A DNA stretch of 30,672 nucleotides from Octopus sinensis (lineage: Eukaryota). The notes below the pieces were generated by a model. That model did no database searches and was not told where the DNA came from. It saw nothing but the letters and a program-made list of their open reading frames with translations. Shown here piece by piece: positions 1 through 13,523 of the stretch. Made by a program: the position numbers and the translations under genes. Every line of letters begins with the position of its first letter. The first letter of the stretch is position 1. The stretch is from positions 1 to 30,672 of the forward strand of contig NW_021832490.1 of NCBI RefSeq assembly GCF_006345805.1. Reading direction: 5' to 3'.

Positions 1-234
1 GTATTTTCACATATATATTTTTTACATATGTGCATGTGTATGTTTGTACACATACAGACTGACAAACACAAAGACACACACACGCACACATGTATATCTC
101 CATATTTACATATAGATGCACAAATCCATTTATACATGATTGTATATATATATATATGTTATATATCTAAATATATATATATGTATATGTGTTCGTGTGT
201 ACGTATATTATAGCTACATACATATATAAACAGT

Positions 235-266
<32 letters not shown>

Positions 267-313
267 CATTACACACACACATATATGTATGTGTATATAT
301 ATATATATTATAT

Positions 314-344
<31 letters not shown>

Positions 345-1251
345 GGTTTTTCTCGCGATCACGAGAAGACGGCAATCAACATGTGTATAGATTATGTGTA
401 TATAAACATACAACATACACAACACACATATTATATATATAATGTTTCATTTATCTATCTATATATATATCTATAATATCGATATTATCCTTATTAATAA
501 ATTTATATAATTCGTCACTATATTCACTGCGGTGTTTATTTTGACCATATCACGCTTATGAGGTGGTTGGCGGGCGTTTTGAACAGGCCTTGTGCATACG
601 TGCATATATATGTATGTATGGACGTTCGTATATGTAAGTATAACGTGTGTTCTGTATATATATATATTTGCATTTATGTGCCCATCTGATATATTCAACT
701 GATGAAGGCAGAGCTTATTCGAAGCAAGGGTAGAAATCCAGGATCTTGAATTATCCAGTCAAATCTTTGTTGCTAGTTTATTTTGTCCCCTCTGTCTTAT
801 CTCATGGTGCGATATGAACATTTAAGGTGGTTTTTAGAGTCGGTGATTGACTGCTATTCGGCATGGTGGGTCTCTCAGATACCTTATTGATATATATATA
901 TTATATATATATATATATATTATTATATATATGTGTGTATATATTTATTTATATGTATCTCTCTTTCTCCTCCTCTTTCGCTATGTATATGCTCTCTTCT
1001 TTCTCTCTCCCTTTCACCCGCTTCTCGTTTTCTCTCATTCTCACTCCATCGAGATTCATTCGCACGTGATGTTATTTCTTTTGCTTTTTGATATGACAGT
1101 TTTGTTATTGATTCCATCTTTTGGCGAAACAGTCATTATATTGTAGAGATTGTCAAATTTAAAGAGTGGTGGGCATGTAAATATTAGTGGTTGGGGCATT
1201 GTGGAGAGAAAAGTAGATACAGAAATGCGTGGAGGGCTGTGTGCAAGACTT

Positions 1252-1292
<41 letters not shown>

Positions 1293-1444
1293 GTAGATGG
1301 ACGTATGCCTTGTTGGTTGTTTCGGTGAATGGATGGACGAACAGATGGATGGAGGGATGGATAGAGGATGGGTGGAGGAGGAAGGATAGACGGATAGAAT
1401 GACAGACAGACCGCAGATAGATAGATAGATAAAAAGAATTAGCA

Positions 1445-1960
1445 CTGCACTACAAGTTTTCTTGTATCATACCATCAAAACCACTACAAATATCCATCGC
1501 ACCATGAGCACAAACATAAACTCACTGCATTCAACCACCGGCACCACCACCACCACCACCATCACCGCCACTAGCACTCCATCACCAGTAGCGCCACCAA
1601 CACTATCATCCTCGTCTTCACCACCGGCACCATCGTCTTCACCACCAACACTCCATAAAATCACCATTAACTTACCGTCAGCTACCAACAGTAAGACAAC
1701 ACCAACCCAACACCACCACCACTACCACCACCACCACCACTAACAACAAACACCAGAAATACCACTATTACTACCATCACTACACGGCTACATCCAGTAC
1801 CACCAACACCTCCGTGCACCACAACCTTCACCCGACACCACCACCACGACACTATTACCACTGCATCACAAACCACCAGCACCTCGCCACACCACCGCCA
1901 TCCCCTCACCACCACTTCCGCCTTTACCACCTCAAATAATAAATTCACCAATATTACCAT
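1445..1960. repeat. CAC/ACC-rich low-complexity tract
   Basis: Degenerate (CAC)n/(ACC)n; the poly-Thr/His/Val ORFs are translations of it. Confidence 0.85.
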
Positions 1961-2127
1961 CCTTAGTGGAGTCCTATTCTAGTTCATCATTCATTAACTT
2001 TTAATTATCATCATAATTAGAATATCCATCACCATCACATCACCATTGCCGTCATGATCATTACATCATTTACAGCAGCAGCAGCAGCAGCGGCAGTATT
2101 ATTATGAGCATATATGAACACGACCTT

Positions 2128-2173
2128 TAATCATCATCACCATCATCATCATCGTCATCATCATCATCCCCAT

Positions 2174-2209
<36 letters not shown>

Positions 2210-2226
2210 GTCATCATCATCCTCAC

Positions 2227-2320
<94 letters not shown>

Positions 2321-2341
2321 TCATCATCGTCATCGTCGTTG

Positions 2342-2394
<53 letters not shown>

Positions 2395-2507
2395 CCATCA
2401 TCATCAAATCATATCATCATCATCATCACATCATCATCATCACCATATCATATCATCATCATCATCATATATCATCATCATCACCATCATCATTCGTCTC
2501 ATCATCA

Positions 2508-2540
<33 letters not shown>

Positions 2541-2585
2541 TCATCATCATCATCATCCCACGCATCATCATCGTCTCATCATCAC

Positions 2586-2620
<35 letters not shown>

Positions 2621-2661
2621 ACATCATCATCACATCATCATCATCATCATTCATCATCATC

Positions 2662-2731
<70 letters not shown>

Positions 2732-2836
2732 CCATCATCACCATCATCATCACCATCATCATCATCACCATCACCATCATCATCATTATCATCATCATTA
2801 CCTTCCTCATTATCATCATCATCACCATCATCATCG

Positions 2837-2872
<36 letters not shown>

Positions 2873-2968
2873 CCATCATCATCACCATCATCATCATCAC
2901 CATCACCATCATCATCATTATCATCATCATTACCTTCCTCATTATCATCATCATCACCATCATCATCG

Positions 2969-3001
<33 letters not shown>

Positions 3002-3030
3002 CATCATCATTCAACATCATCATCATCATC

Positions 3031-3078
<48 letters not shown>

Positions 3079-3173
3079 TCACCATCATCATCACATCATC
3101 ATCCACCATCACCATCATCATCATATCATCATCATTACCTTCCTCATTATCATCATCATCACCATCATCATCG

Positions 3174-3228
<55 letters not shown>

Positions 3229-3245
3229 CATCACCATCATCATCG

Positions 3246-3293
<48 letters not shown>

Positions 3294-3335
3294 ACATCAT
3301 CATCAACATCATCATCATCATCATTCATCATCATC

Positions 3336-3387
<52 letters not shown>

Positions 3388-3481
3388 CCATCATCATCAC
3401 CATTCATCATCATCCATCACCATATCATCATTATCATCATCATTACCTTCCTCATTATCATCATCATCACCATCATCATCG

Positions 3482-3517
<36 letters not shown>

Positions 3518-3862
3518 CCATCATCATCACCATCATCATCATCACCATCACCATCATCAGATTATCATCATCATTACCTTCCTCATATCATCATCATCAC
3601 CATCATCATCGTCATCATCATCATCTCATCATCATCATCATCATCACCATCATCATCACCATCATCATCATCACCATCACCATCATCATCATTATCATCA
3701 TCATTACCTTCCTCATTATCATCATCATCACCATCATCATCGTCATCATCATCATCATCATCATCATTATCATCATCACCATCATCATCATCACCATCAC
3801 CATCATCATCATTATCATCATCATTACCTTCCTCATTATCATCATCATCACCATCATCATCG

Positions 3863-3898
<36 letters not shown>

Positions 3899-3924
3899 CC
3901 ATCATCATCAACATCATCATCATC

Positions 3925-3991
<67 letters not shown>

Positions 3992-4004
3992 CCATCATCA
4001 TCAA

Positions 4005-4078
<74 letters not shown>

Positions 4079-4080
4079 CC
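2128..4080. repeat. ~2-kb degenerate (CAT)n array with higher-order units
   Basis: Nearly continuous ATC/CAT with CAC/CGT/TAT variants. Marker CATTACCTTCCTCAT occurs 7 times (CCTTCCTC at 2801, 2933, 3138, 3446, 3577, 3707, 3827). Confidence 0.95.
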
Positions 4081-4169
4081 TTCGTATATTCATTCACCAT
4101 TCATCGTCGTCGTCGTCGTCGTCGTCGTCACAACCGACTTCTTCGTTCGCTTCATGATCATCTCTCATC

Positions 4170-4560
4170 GTCATCGTCAACGAAGGAGGAGAAGAAGGGA
4201 GGAAGAAGGAGTAGGAGGAGGAGGGCAGGGGGAAATTGAAGAAGAAGAAGAAGAAAAAGAAGTATAAGAAGGAAGACGAGGGGAGGAGGATGAAAAAGAA
4301 GGGGAGGTAGAGGAGGAAGTGGAAGAGGCAGAGGAGGAGGAGGATAAGGAAGTTGGATAAGAAGAAGAGGATAAGAAGAAGAAGAAGAAGAAGAAGAAGG
4401 AGAATAAGAAGAAGGAGGAGGAGAAGGGAGGAGGATGACGTGCATCAGGGGGAGGTGGACGAGAGAAGAAAAAGAAGGAGAGGAAGGAGAGAAGAAAAAG
4501 AAGGAGAAGGAGGAGGAGGAGAGGAAGAAGAAGAGGTGAGGAGGAACTGGAAGATGACGG
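4170..4560. repeat. Polypurine (GAA/GAG)n tract
   Basis: Almost purely A/G on the + strand. Confidence 0.9.
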
Positions 4561-4626
4561 GTCAATACTCTGAACCTCGAGTCCGTGTGTATCATGAGTT
4601 GAAGACGGGAAGGATGGCTTCCCTTT

Positions 4627-4752
4627 GCAAATACTGATAGGGCACAGAAAGTGTGTCTATAGCCAGCTGGAGGAAGTGTCCTCCTGGGGCTACAAACTAC
4701 AGTAGTATCCACTCTTAGGGGTTAGCCATATTCAAATGGCAAAATACGTCAC
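4627..4752 (+). mobile_element. Single arm of foldback/MITE family A
   Basis: GCAAATACT..GTGTGTCTATAGCCAGCTGGAGG..CCTGGGGCTA..ACAGTAGTATCC..GGCAAAATACGTCAC aligns with 24219-24347 and with the right arm of 7618-7929; followed by (TA)n. Confidence 0.7.
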
Positions 4753-4874
4753 TATATATATATATATATATATTAATATATATATATATATTACATACAT
4801 AAATAGATGAATAGATAGATGGATAGATATGTACATACATACATATATACATACATAGACAGACACACAGACAG

Positions 4875-4893
4875 ATAGATAATAGATAGAGAT

Positions 4894-4965
<72 letters not shown>
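4875..4965. repeat. (GATA)n microsatellite
   Basis: Perfect tetranucleotide run; another at ~1252-1291. Confidence 0.95.
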
Positions 4966-4967
<2 letters not shown>

Positions 4968-5535
4968 GGATGGATCGATGGATGGATTGATAGACAGATA
5001 TAAGAATATGTACCTATATATATATATATATATACACATATATATATATATATATATACTTGATTGTATATACATATACGCGCATATACATACAGACATG
5101 CATGTATAGGTACATACATATATATAGATATATATACACACATATAAACAAACGCACTGGATTACAACCATTCATTGGTATGCCAATACCTACACAACAT
5201 AACCGAACTAAAAGACAAAGATGAATTCTCCGCGTTGACCAGTTGGAGATTTGGCCAACTCGGACACGAGTCGAAGAATTCTGACAAAATGCCAAAAATG
5301 GAAAAACAAGGAGATTAACATCAATTCCATGATTGCAATGGATCCAGTGATTCCAACCAATCTCACACAGGTTTCGGTAATGGCTAATGCTTCCAGGTCT
5401 GTGCCATTTTATGTGCGTGTGCGTGTGTGTGTGTGCGTGTGTGCGTATGTGTGTGTGCGTATGTGCGTATGTGTGTGTGCGTGTGTCAGTATGTATCCAT
5501 GTTTATGTATGTATAAAAACATGTGTGTATGTATT

Positions 5536-5577
<42 letters not shown>

Positions 5578-5763
5578 ACATATCCAGGAAAATTGATATA
5601 AACACATGAATGTATATATATGTGGGGTGTGTGTGTGTTTATTAGTTTTTGGATGTCATGTATAAAAAAAACTATAATATACATCTATCTTTCTATCTAT
5701 CTATTTATCTATCTCTGTCTCTCTGTTTTTGCACTCACTCACTCACTCAGTCTCTCTCTCTCT

Positions 5764-5814
<51 letters not shown>

Positions 5815-6284
5815 TGTGTGTGTGTGTGTGTGTGCATGTATATACATTGGTATGTATAGTACTTTGTAGTTTCACTTATATTGCTCGAATTTAGGCTATG
5901 CCCATGCTGGTGCAACGAGGTTTGTGTGAATGCTACTTTGACAGATCATGCGTATCTATCTGTGTGTGTACATATATACGTGTGCACACGCATATATATA
6001 TATATATATATGCAAACTGCTGTTTATCTTAATTTTATGTGTGTATATACATTTATATATCTGAATGTGTGTGTGTGTGTGTGTCTGTGTGTGTGTGTGT
6101 ATTCACACGCATACACACACACATCCACTTCTATACATATCTATATTAAGTTTAGATTCCTAATACGAAATATGGAAAAAGAAGCAGTTTTGCACTTTTA
6201 ATATTCTTTTTCTCTTCTGTCTTTCTTCCTTCCTTCCTTCCTTTCCCTATTTATAAATTTCTCTCTCCCTCTCGCTCTCCTCTA

Positions 6285-6353
<69 letters not shown>

Positions 6354-6354
6354 G

Positions 6355-6408
<54 letters not shown>

Positions 6409-6476
6409 AATATGTGTGTCTGTCTGTCTGATTATCTCTCTCTCTATCTCTATCTCTCTCTATCTACCTGTCTATC

Positions 6477-6507
<31 letters not shown>

Positions 6508-6512
6508 CTATA

Positions 6513-6540
<28 letters not shown>
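6285..6540. repeat. (CTAT)n microsatellite
   Basis: Long TATC runs; similar runs at ~10275-10405 and ~12145-12230. Confidence 0.95.
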
Positions 6541-6545
<5 letters not shown>

Positions 6546-6927
6546 ATCAATTTATCTCTCTCTTTACATACGCATACGTATGCTTACACATACACGCATG
6601 CGTGAAAGCTCTCACACTGTCTAACAAACACACACCCATATACACACAAGTAGACACATACACCTATATACACACACACACACACTCATATTCGCACACA
6701 CACCGCCATACACATGTGTATACGCACACTAGCAATCCATATAACCAATGGATGTCTACGCAAGATCTCCACGAAGATAGGCATTTATTTAAAAACATCA
6801 ATAAGACATTTTGGCGAAAACGCGTAAATAAGGAGGAATGGAGTTGTTCTGTGGACGTCGTTCTTCTCTTTTCTTAATGGACATGTCTACTTGAGGTGGT
6901 CTGCGTTATTGAACTCTTCCTACTTAC

Positions 6928-7030
6928 CATTATTTCACCGTTTCTGCCGTAACCTTGTCTGCTATGATCGCAATGGTATTAACAGTCCACTTTAGCAGGA
7001 ACGCGCGCAGATATGCACGCAGGCGCATAA
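6928..7030 (-). other. Candidate first exon ending in ATG|GTAAGT
   Basis: Minus strand reads GAAATA-ATG|GTAAGT (ATG at 6930-6928, A at -3, consensus donor); CpG-rich sequence lies just upstream at ~7000-7060. No transcript evidence. Confidence 0.3.
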
Positions 7031-7057
7031 TGGCATACACGCGCACATACACACGTG
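7016..7057. promoter_or_regulatory. NRF1/Ewg-like motif plus E-box in a CpG-rich patch
   Basis: Minus-strand TGCGCCTGCGTG at ~7016-7027 and CACGTG at 7052-7057; motif match only. Confidence 0.25.
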
Positions 7058-7153
7058 TTTACAGGCGTACATGCATACACAGATGCAGATATAAATGTAC
7101 GTACGTTTCTATGCATGCTTTTAATATGCATTCACGCATAGAAGAATGTGAAT

Positions 7154-7233
<80 letters not shown>

Positions 7234-7366
7234 TATATATATATATGTATGTGTGTATGTACAGATTTGTATATTTGTATATATACTCACATAAATGTAT
7301 GTATATACGTATATATATATGCATGTGTATATATATGTATATATATACATATATATATATACATAC

Positions 7367-7397
<31 letters not shown>

Positions 7398-7486
7398 AAT
7401 ATATGTATATATATATATATAGCATATAGTCAATGATAGCAAAGCGTACTCAATACTTTCAATGATGTGTATATAGAGATGTGTTT

Positions 7487-7535
<49 letters not shown>

Positions 7536-7617
7536 TGTTGGTGATTAAGCACTTGTTGATGAAGTCCTGGATAAGAAAATTACGATTTGTAAATCTTACA
7601 AGGAGAGATATTCAACA

Positions 7618-7929
7618 ACAGTACTTTGGAGTAAAGATTGTTTGCCAACATAACATGACAGTCCTGGTTTAGGATGAATGTTGCTTTAATTTAGCCCCAG
7701 GAGACATCGTCTTCAGCTGGCTATACGACACGATCTGTGTCCTTATATACAGATATTGTTTTGAACTGAGTGGGGGTGCCAGATTCCCTTGTTCGAAAAT
7801 ATAAGTACACAGATCGTGTCGTATAGCCAGCTGGAGACGACGTCTCCCGGCGCTAAATTACAGCAACATTCGTCCTAAACCAGGACTGCCATGTTATGTT
7901 GGCAAATAATCTTTATTCCTAAGTCCTGT
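7618..7929. mobile_element. Foldback/MITE family A with ~131-bp inverted arms
   Basis: 7618-7748 is the reverse complement of 7799-7929 at roughly 90% identity (e.g. TTTGCCAACATAACATG / CATGTTATGTTGGCAAA; CAGCTGGCTATACGACACGATCTGTGT / ACACAGATCGTGTCGTATAGCCAGCTG); 50-bp spacer. Confidence 0.9.
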
Positions 7930-8109
7930 ATTGCTTGGAGTCTCACACATCTATATAATAGGCAAGTAACCATTTAAATATCTCTCCCGAATGGAAACGT
8001 AGTTGCAAGTGGTTAGTATGTCGCCTGCTTAAGCTTCCTTTCTTAGAACGCTGATTCTTATTACTGAAAGCAGATTGCTTTGGCTAAATACTTAACGGCT
8101 TTGACTAAA

Positions 8110-8497
8110 TCTCTCTATATATAAGCTGAAGTTGTCTGTGTATGGCAGGTTTGGTAGCCTTCAACTAACACTATCTCCTTCGAGACCCTGTGGCGCAAGT
8201 TGACCAAAATTGAGAGTGTGATAGAAGGCTTGCTCTTCCTTCCGTACAAAAAAAAATTCAAACCGGACCATGTTAACACCAAAAATTATTTACATCAAAA
8301 AGGTGCTTTTTTTCAGTGAAAATCCCTATTTTTTACGATTTTTCGACTGCTGTGTCGCCATTTTTCGGTGCATTTCAACCAGAAAAATGTTCACTTAAAG
8401 AGAATAACAAGCTACATAATGCAACATTTTTACTTTTCAAAAATTCCAATTCTAAAGGGTCGAAACAAACTCAAAAAACGCCGGGCGATACTGCTAG
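8110..8497 (+). mobile_element. Non-autonomous Helitron (Lep1-like ends), 388 bp
   Basis: A|TCTCTCTATATATAAGCTGAAGTTGTCTGTG 5' end and AACGCCGGGCGATACTGCTAG|T 3' end: TC start, CTAG end, between A and T, no TSD. The 3' motif is shared with 29657-29684. Confidence 0.75.
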
Positions 8498-9307
8498 TGT
8501 ATTATAAAGTAAGGGAACCGACCAATCCAAGCTCTATAGTTTTCTTTTTTCTTTTTTAGCAACACATTTATCTTTGCGACTCTTTATTTTTTTTCCGTCG
8601 TAATTTTCCACAAGTTACCTCCCGCTGCACGGGATATTCAACATGCCGAAAATATTTTATGAGATATATCTGACTATGGCTGCTGTTACACAATCTCTCG
8701 GACATTTTATTTTATTTTACTGTGTGGTATAGTGAGCTGTTTTTGTATCTGAATTTTGCCAGGTACATATTAATTAGACATTGCGCAACCTTTAAGAATT
8801 TGCAGCAGTTCACAAAAGTTTAACATCATAATAAGTATATCAAAATTATTTTAAGTTAATGCAGTACAAACTTGTCATTCGTTCTTAAGTCTTTAGATCA
8901 AATGAATGAGAGAAATGGAGATTTCCTTATTCGTGGACCAAAAGGGATAGGGTTGTTGGTTGTAATGCGTCTTAAAGTTGTTAGTAGTGAGTCCCTATGA
9001 CTCCTTTGAAATATGCAAATTGATGTAATTCCTGCTTGAAATAACACTAGTTTGAAAAGGCAGCTTAACTTAGGAGGACATTTATATATATATTCGTTCG
9101 TTTAGAACAGGCCATGTTCCTTTGAAACCTTAATAAGAAACCCCTTTCATGCCCTCCTGGATACTATTCAGAAACCTTACAGTATTATCTATTCGAAAGC
9201 AAAAATTGCTAGTAGGGAGGAATGAGACATGACACTTTTAAAATAAGCTTTTACAAAGCTACCAAATTTGGGGGTGAAATATCTGTTCAAGAATTTACCA
9301 AACATAA

Positions 9308-9817
9308 TTAGCCCATTAACTGCCGAATTTTCATATTCATATTTTTTGTTTGGCCAGATGTCTTGTATTAAAGTTTCTTCATTTGTAAATTATTTTGGAA
9401 ATTATGACAAATTGTTCGAAAAGTTCCCAATAGGGATCGCTGAAAAAACATTTTCATCATTTTCTATTTAATTTCGATAATAAACATTTTAGTTTTTTTG
9501 AAACTATAGTATCAAATGTGAATGTGTATGAAATATCAATGAATGATATGAATGGGGAATGCAAAAAAAAAAACAAAAGAAAAACATTTTCAAAACAGTC
9601 AATATTTTGTAGTTCAAAAACTGCGATTTATGACATAAAATGTCCTCTAGAATTAGACAGAGTTAATAATGAAAAACTTTTAATTACTAAATATTGTTAA
9701 ACACACCTCTGCAAATGCAATGTTCATAAGCAATTCACTTTAAATGCAACGAAGAACCGGCTGCGAGACTATTTTTAGCAGATGCCCAAATGGGGCTCAT
9801 AGCAGGCAATGGGTTAA
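9308..9817. mobile_element. Possible decayed piggyBac-like non-autonomous element
   Basis: TTAGCCCATTAACTGC at 9308 versus reverse complement of GCAGGCAATGGGTTAA (ends 9817): 13/16 match; the TTAA-CCC...GGG-TTAA pattern is intact only on the right. Confidence 0.25.
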
Positions 9818-10272
9818 GATCTTCCAATTCATGCGGATCGCAAAATATTTAACAACAGAATCATTAGCTAATATTTCTCTGTATTTCATTTTTTCTTTTC
9901 TTTCTTCTCTGCTTCTCTGGTATTTTTCTTTTTATAGTTGGTTTATTTTTCTACGTCACAATTTTTATATAATTTACTCCAGTTCTCGTGGCTTATCAGC
10001 TTTACGCCGGCGTTTAAATTCATTGAATAAATAACATAGAAATTACAAAATAGACAATGGTATACGAACAACACGTGTGTGTGCGTGTGTATGTGTATGT
10101 ATGTATGCAATAATAGGTGCCTGTCTGTCTGTGTGTCCGTAAAACTACGAGAAAGCTTTCATGAAAAACGTTAAGTTCATATCTGTCGGTCTGTCTATCT
10201 GTCTCTCAATTTATCTATTTGTCTATATCTATGTTTTTCTGCTTATCCATCTATTCTATCTATTTATCTACC

Positions 10273-10387
<115 letters not shown>

Positions 10388-11307
10388 GTCTGTCTATCTA
10401 TCTATGAGAGGCAAGTTTTGTCTAGTGAATGTTTTAAAAAAAGATGGGTGAATGTAGCAAGGATGGCACGTATGAATGACGAAGCCACCTTGACTATGAT
10501 TCTATGAACCGTAAAAATTAATACAGAGAGTTGCTTATTTGAAAAAAAAAGAAATATAACATGTGACTTCATTGACCGAGGTAACCGTGGTCTTTTCCGT
10601 AGGCTTTTCTTTCCACGGGTAAACCTCACCTGTCCTCCCCTTTACACTTCATATTGACATTTCTGTGATAACGATCCAATCCCCCCCTTTTTAAAATTTT
10701 ATTTTATCCCCCCCTTTTTTGTCCTCTTTCTTTCCATTTACGATCCCTTTTGATCGAAAACCAAACCCCCTTCTTTTACCCCCAAACGAAAAGCTCTACC
10801 TTGTAATTTTGTTCTGTCTGTGTGCAGCCCTGTGTGACTAATAAAGAACATATCTATCTATCTATCTATCTATCTGTTTGTTTTGTCTGTCTGTCTGTCT
10901 GGCCGTCTGGCTGGCAGGCTGGCTGGCTGTCTGTCTGTATGTATGTATGTGTGTGTGTATGTATGTATGTATGCATGTATGTATATATGTATGTATGTAT
11001 GTGTGTAAGTATGTATATCTATATTTAGCTATCTATTCATATGTAACAACATTGTTCAAATATGAGTATATATGCATATATGCGTATGTGACTTTATATA
11101 CTTTATGTGTAAGTGTTTATATAAGTATGTATATAAACAAATATATGTGTGTGTGTGTGTGAATGCGTGTGTATATATACATATATATATGTATATATAT
11201 ATATGTATATATATATGTATATATATACATATACATATATATATGTATGTGTGTAGACATATGTATATATAAACATGCAATTATATATATATGTATATAT
11301 ATATATG

Positions 11308-11347
<40 letters not shown>

Positions 11348-11365
11348 TATATACATATGTGTAAG

Positions 11366-11396
<31 letters not shown>

Positions 11397-11721
11397 TATA
11401 TATATTATATATATATATATACATATACACATACATATATATATGAATACAATAGTACATAAATAAGTATACATACAGTGCATGCGTACATAAAATCATT
11501 TAAACATACATACATGCATACATACACACACATACATACATTCATGTATGCATACGTAAATACATACATACATACATACATATACACACATGAATACATA
11601 GGTACGTACGTATAAACACATACACACACATCATTCCCGTGTGTTTCCTTGCAAGAATCTGTGCGGAAATCCAAGTTCTAAGGGACCTTCTTTTTAACTG
11701 TAATCTGCGATTAATTCATAG

Positions 11722-11802
11722 GAGACAGATCTGATGGTTTCACGCCTCCTTCGACCTCCTTCTCATGGCTTCCGTTCATGTGCGCAAGTGGAATAAATAC
11801 AA
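11722..11802 (+). other. Candidate 81-bp exon
   Basis: TTAATTCATAG| acceptor and CAA|GTAAGG donor in a unique island. One frame is open (DRSDGFTPPSTSFSWLPFMCASGINT); another has a single TGA (RQI*WFHASFDLLLMASVHVRKWNKY). Product not recognised. Confidence 0.3.
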
Positions 11803-11949
11803 GTAAGGAAAAAAAATCCAGAAAGTCAGCAAACGGCACATTAAATACAGCCAGCCAAATGTGTGGATAGGAGAACTTACATACATATCTACATACGTAC
11901 GTACAAACATATTCATAGATGTGTATATTATGTATGTGTTTGTGTATGT

Positions 11950-11997
<48 letters not shown>

Positions 11998-12147
11998 ACG
12001 GAGAGAGAGAGAGAGAGATGGAAAGAGCGAGAGAAAGAGAGAGAAGAGATAGATAGATAGATACATACATACATACATACATACATACATACATACATAC
12101 ATACGTAGTTAGGTAGGTAGGCTGATATCTAGGTAGATACATAGATT

Positions 12148-12230
<83 letters not shown>

Positions 12231-12430
12231 TGAGAGATAGAGAGAGAGAGAGAGAGAGAGGTTGATCATCATACATTTGTATGTACATATACGTGAGATA
12301 GTTATATTTCTCTGTCAGTGTGTGCATTTGTTATTTATATATTCATATACCTACGTGCGCGTAGTAACTGGCATGTAGAAAAATGCTCCGAAAATGTACA
12401 AACACATGCACATCCACAGACACTCAGATA

Positions 12431-12464
<34 letters not shown>

Positions 12465-12540
12465 TATACACTTGTGCGAGTTCTATGCGTAAAATATCTA
12501 TTTCTTTTGTTTGTGTCTGTATGCGTGTTTCTGCATGCTA

Positions 12541-12719
12541 GAGTACATACATAATGCATACATACATACATACATACATACATACATACATACATACATA
12601 CATACATACATAAAACATACATACATACATACATACATACATACATACATACATAATGGATACATACATACATACATACATACATAATGCATACATACAT
12701 ACATACATACATACATACA

Positions 12720-12753
<34 letters not shown>

Positions 12754-13008
12754 CATACATAATGCATACATACATACATAATGCATACATACATACATAC
12801 ATACATACATACATACATACATACATACATACATACATAAAACATACATACATACATACTACATACATACATACATACATAATGCATACATACATACATA
12901 CATACATACATACATAATGCATACATACATACATACATACATACATACATACATACATACATACATACATACATGCATACATACATACATACATAATGCA
13001 TACATACA

Positions 13009-13042
<34 letters not shown>

Positions 13043-13079
13043 CATACATAATGCATACATACATACATACATACATACA

Positions 13080-13111
<32 letters not shown>

Positions 13112-13148
13112 CATACATACATACATACATACATAATGCATATATACA

Positions 13149-13182
<34 letters not shown>

Positions 13183-13201
13183 CATACATACATACATACA
13201 T
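12541..13201. repeat. ~660-bp (TACA)n array with recurring variant units
   Basis: (CATA)n interrupted about ten times by TAATG and twice by TAAAAC (12611, 12838). Confidence 0.95.
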
Positions 13202-13523
13202 ATAATGAGATTGGATAGAGAAGCGAAACTGTGTATAGTTGTGGAAATTATCTGCCCAGCGGATGTTAACATAAAGCTAAATAAAGAGAATACCTACGCT
13301 GAACCATTGAGAAATCTGGTGTTACTCTATCCAGATTACAAGTTCAGGTTTATACCTGTAATTATTTGTGACCTAGTATATGTAACAGACTGCCTAAATA
13401 CCAATCTTGAGAAATTAGGTCTCTCAAAACCAGAAAGGAGAAAGCCTAATTCGAAGACTACAGATTCAATCCGTCATTGGAACTGTAAAAATCTGTGAAA
13501 CTTTATAGAAGTTTATCATTTAA
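13202..13523 (+). pseudogene. 3' fragment of an RLE-type non-LTR retrotransposon ORF (R2/R4/NeSL-like), 5'-truncated and frameshifted
   Basis: IMRLDREAKLCIVVEIICPADVN..KENTYAEPLRNL.LLYPDYKFRFIPVII..L.YV...LNTNLEKLG..KPERRK, then after a frameshift LIRRLQIQSVIGTVKICETL*KFII*. This fits the C-terminal restriction-like endonuclease region. Probable 3' UTR to ~13650. Confidence 0.8.

Noticed and set aside
687-715. CTGATGAAGGCAGAGCTTATTCGAAGC as a hammerhead
   Set aside because: GAAA is replaced by GAAG, and stem I and NUH are not evident.
28-1146. IY/YI/HT-rich ORFs here and throughout the window
   Set aside because: Products of TA, CA, TATC and TACA microsatellites.
2114-4267. 717-aa ORF (poly-His/Ile/Ser) and antisense poly-Met ORFs
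   Set aside because: Direct translations of the (CAT)n array, which lacks stop codons in those frames; no domain or codon evidence.
5895-5919. 25-bp micro-exon candidate
   Set aside because: AG/GT pairs this close arise often by chance; no further support.
10578-10627. Imperfect hairpin GAGGT..CCGTGG / CCACGG..ACCTC
   Set aside because: Short stems, large loop, no SECIS or other recognisable motif.
12335-13272. MYVC/HTYI-repeat ORFs of up to 288 aa
   Set aside because: Translations of (TACA)n.
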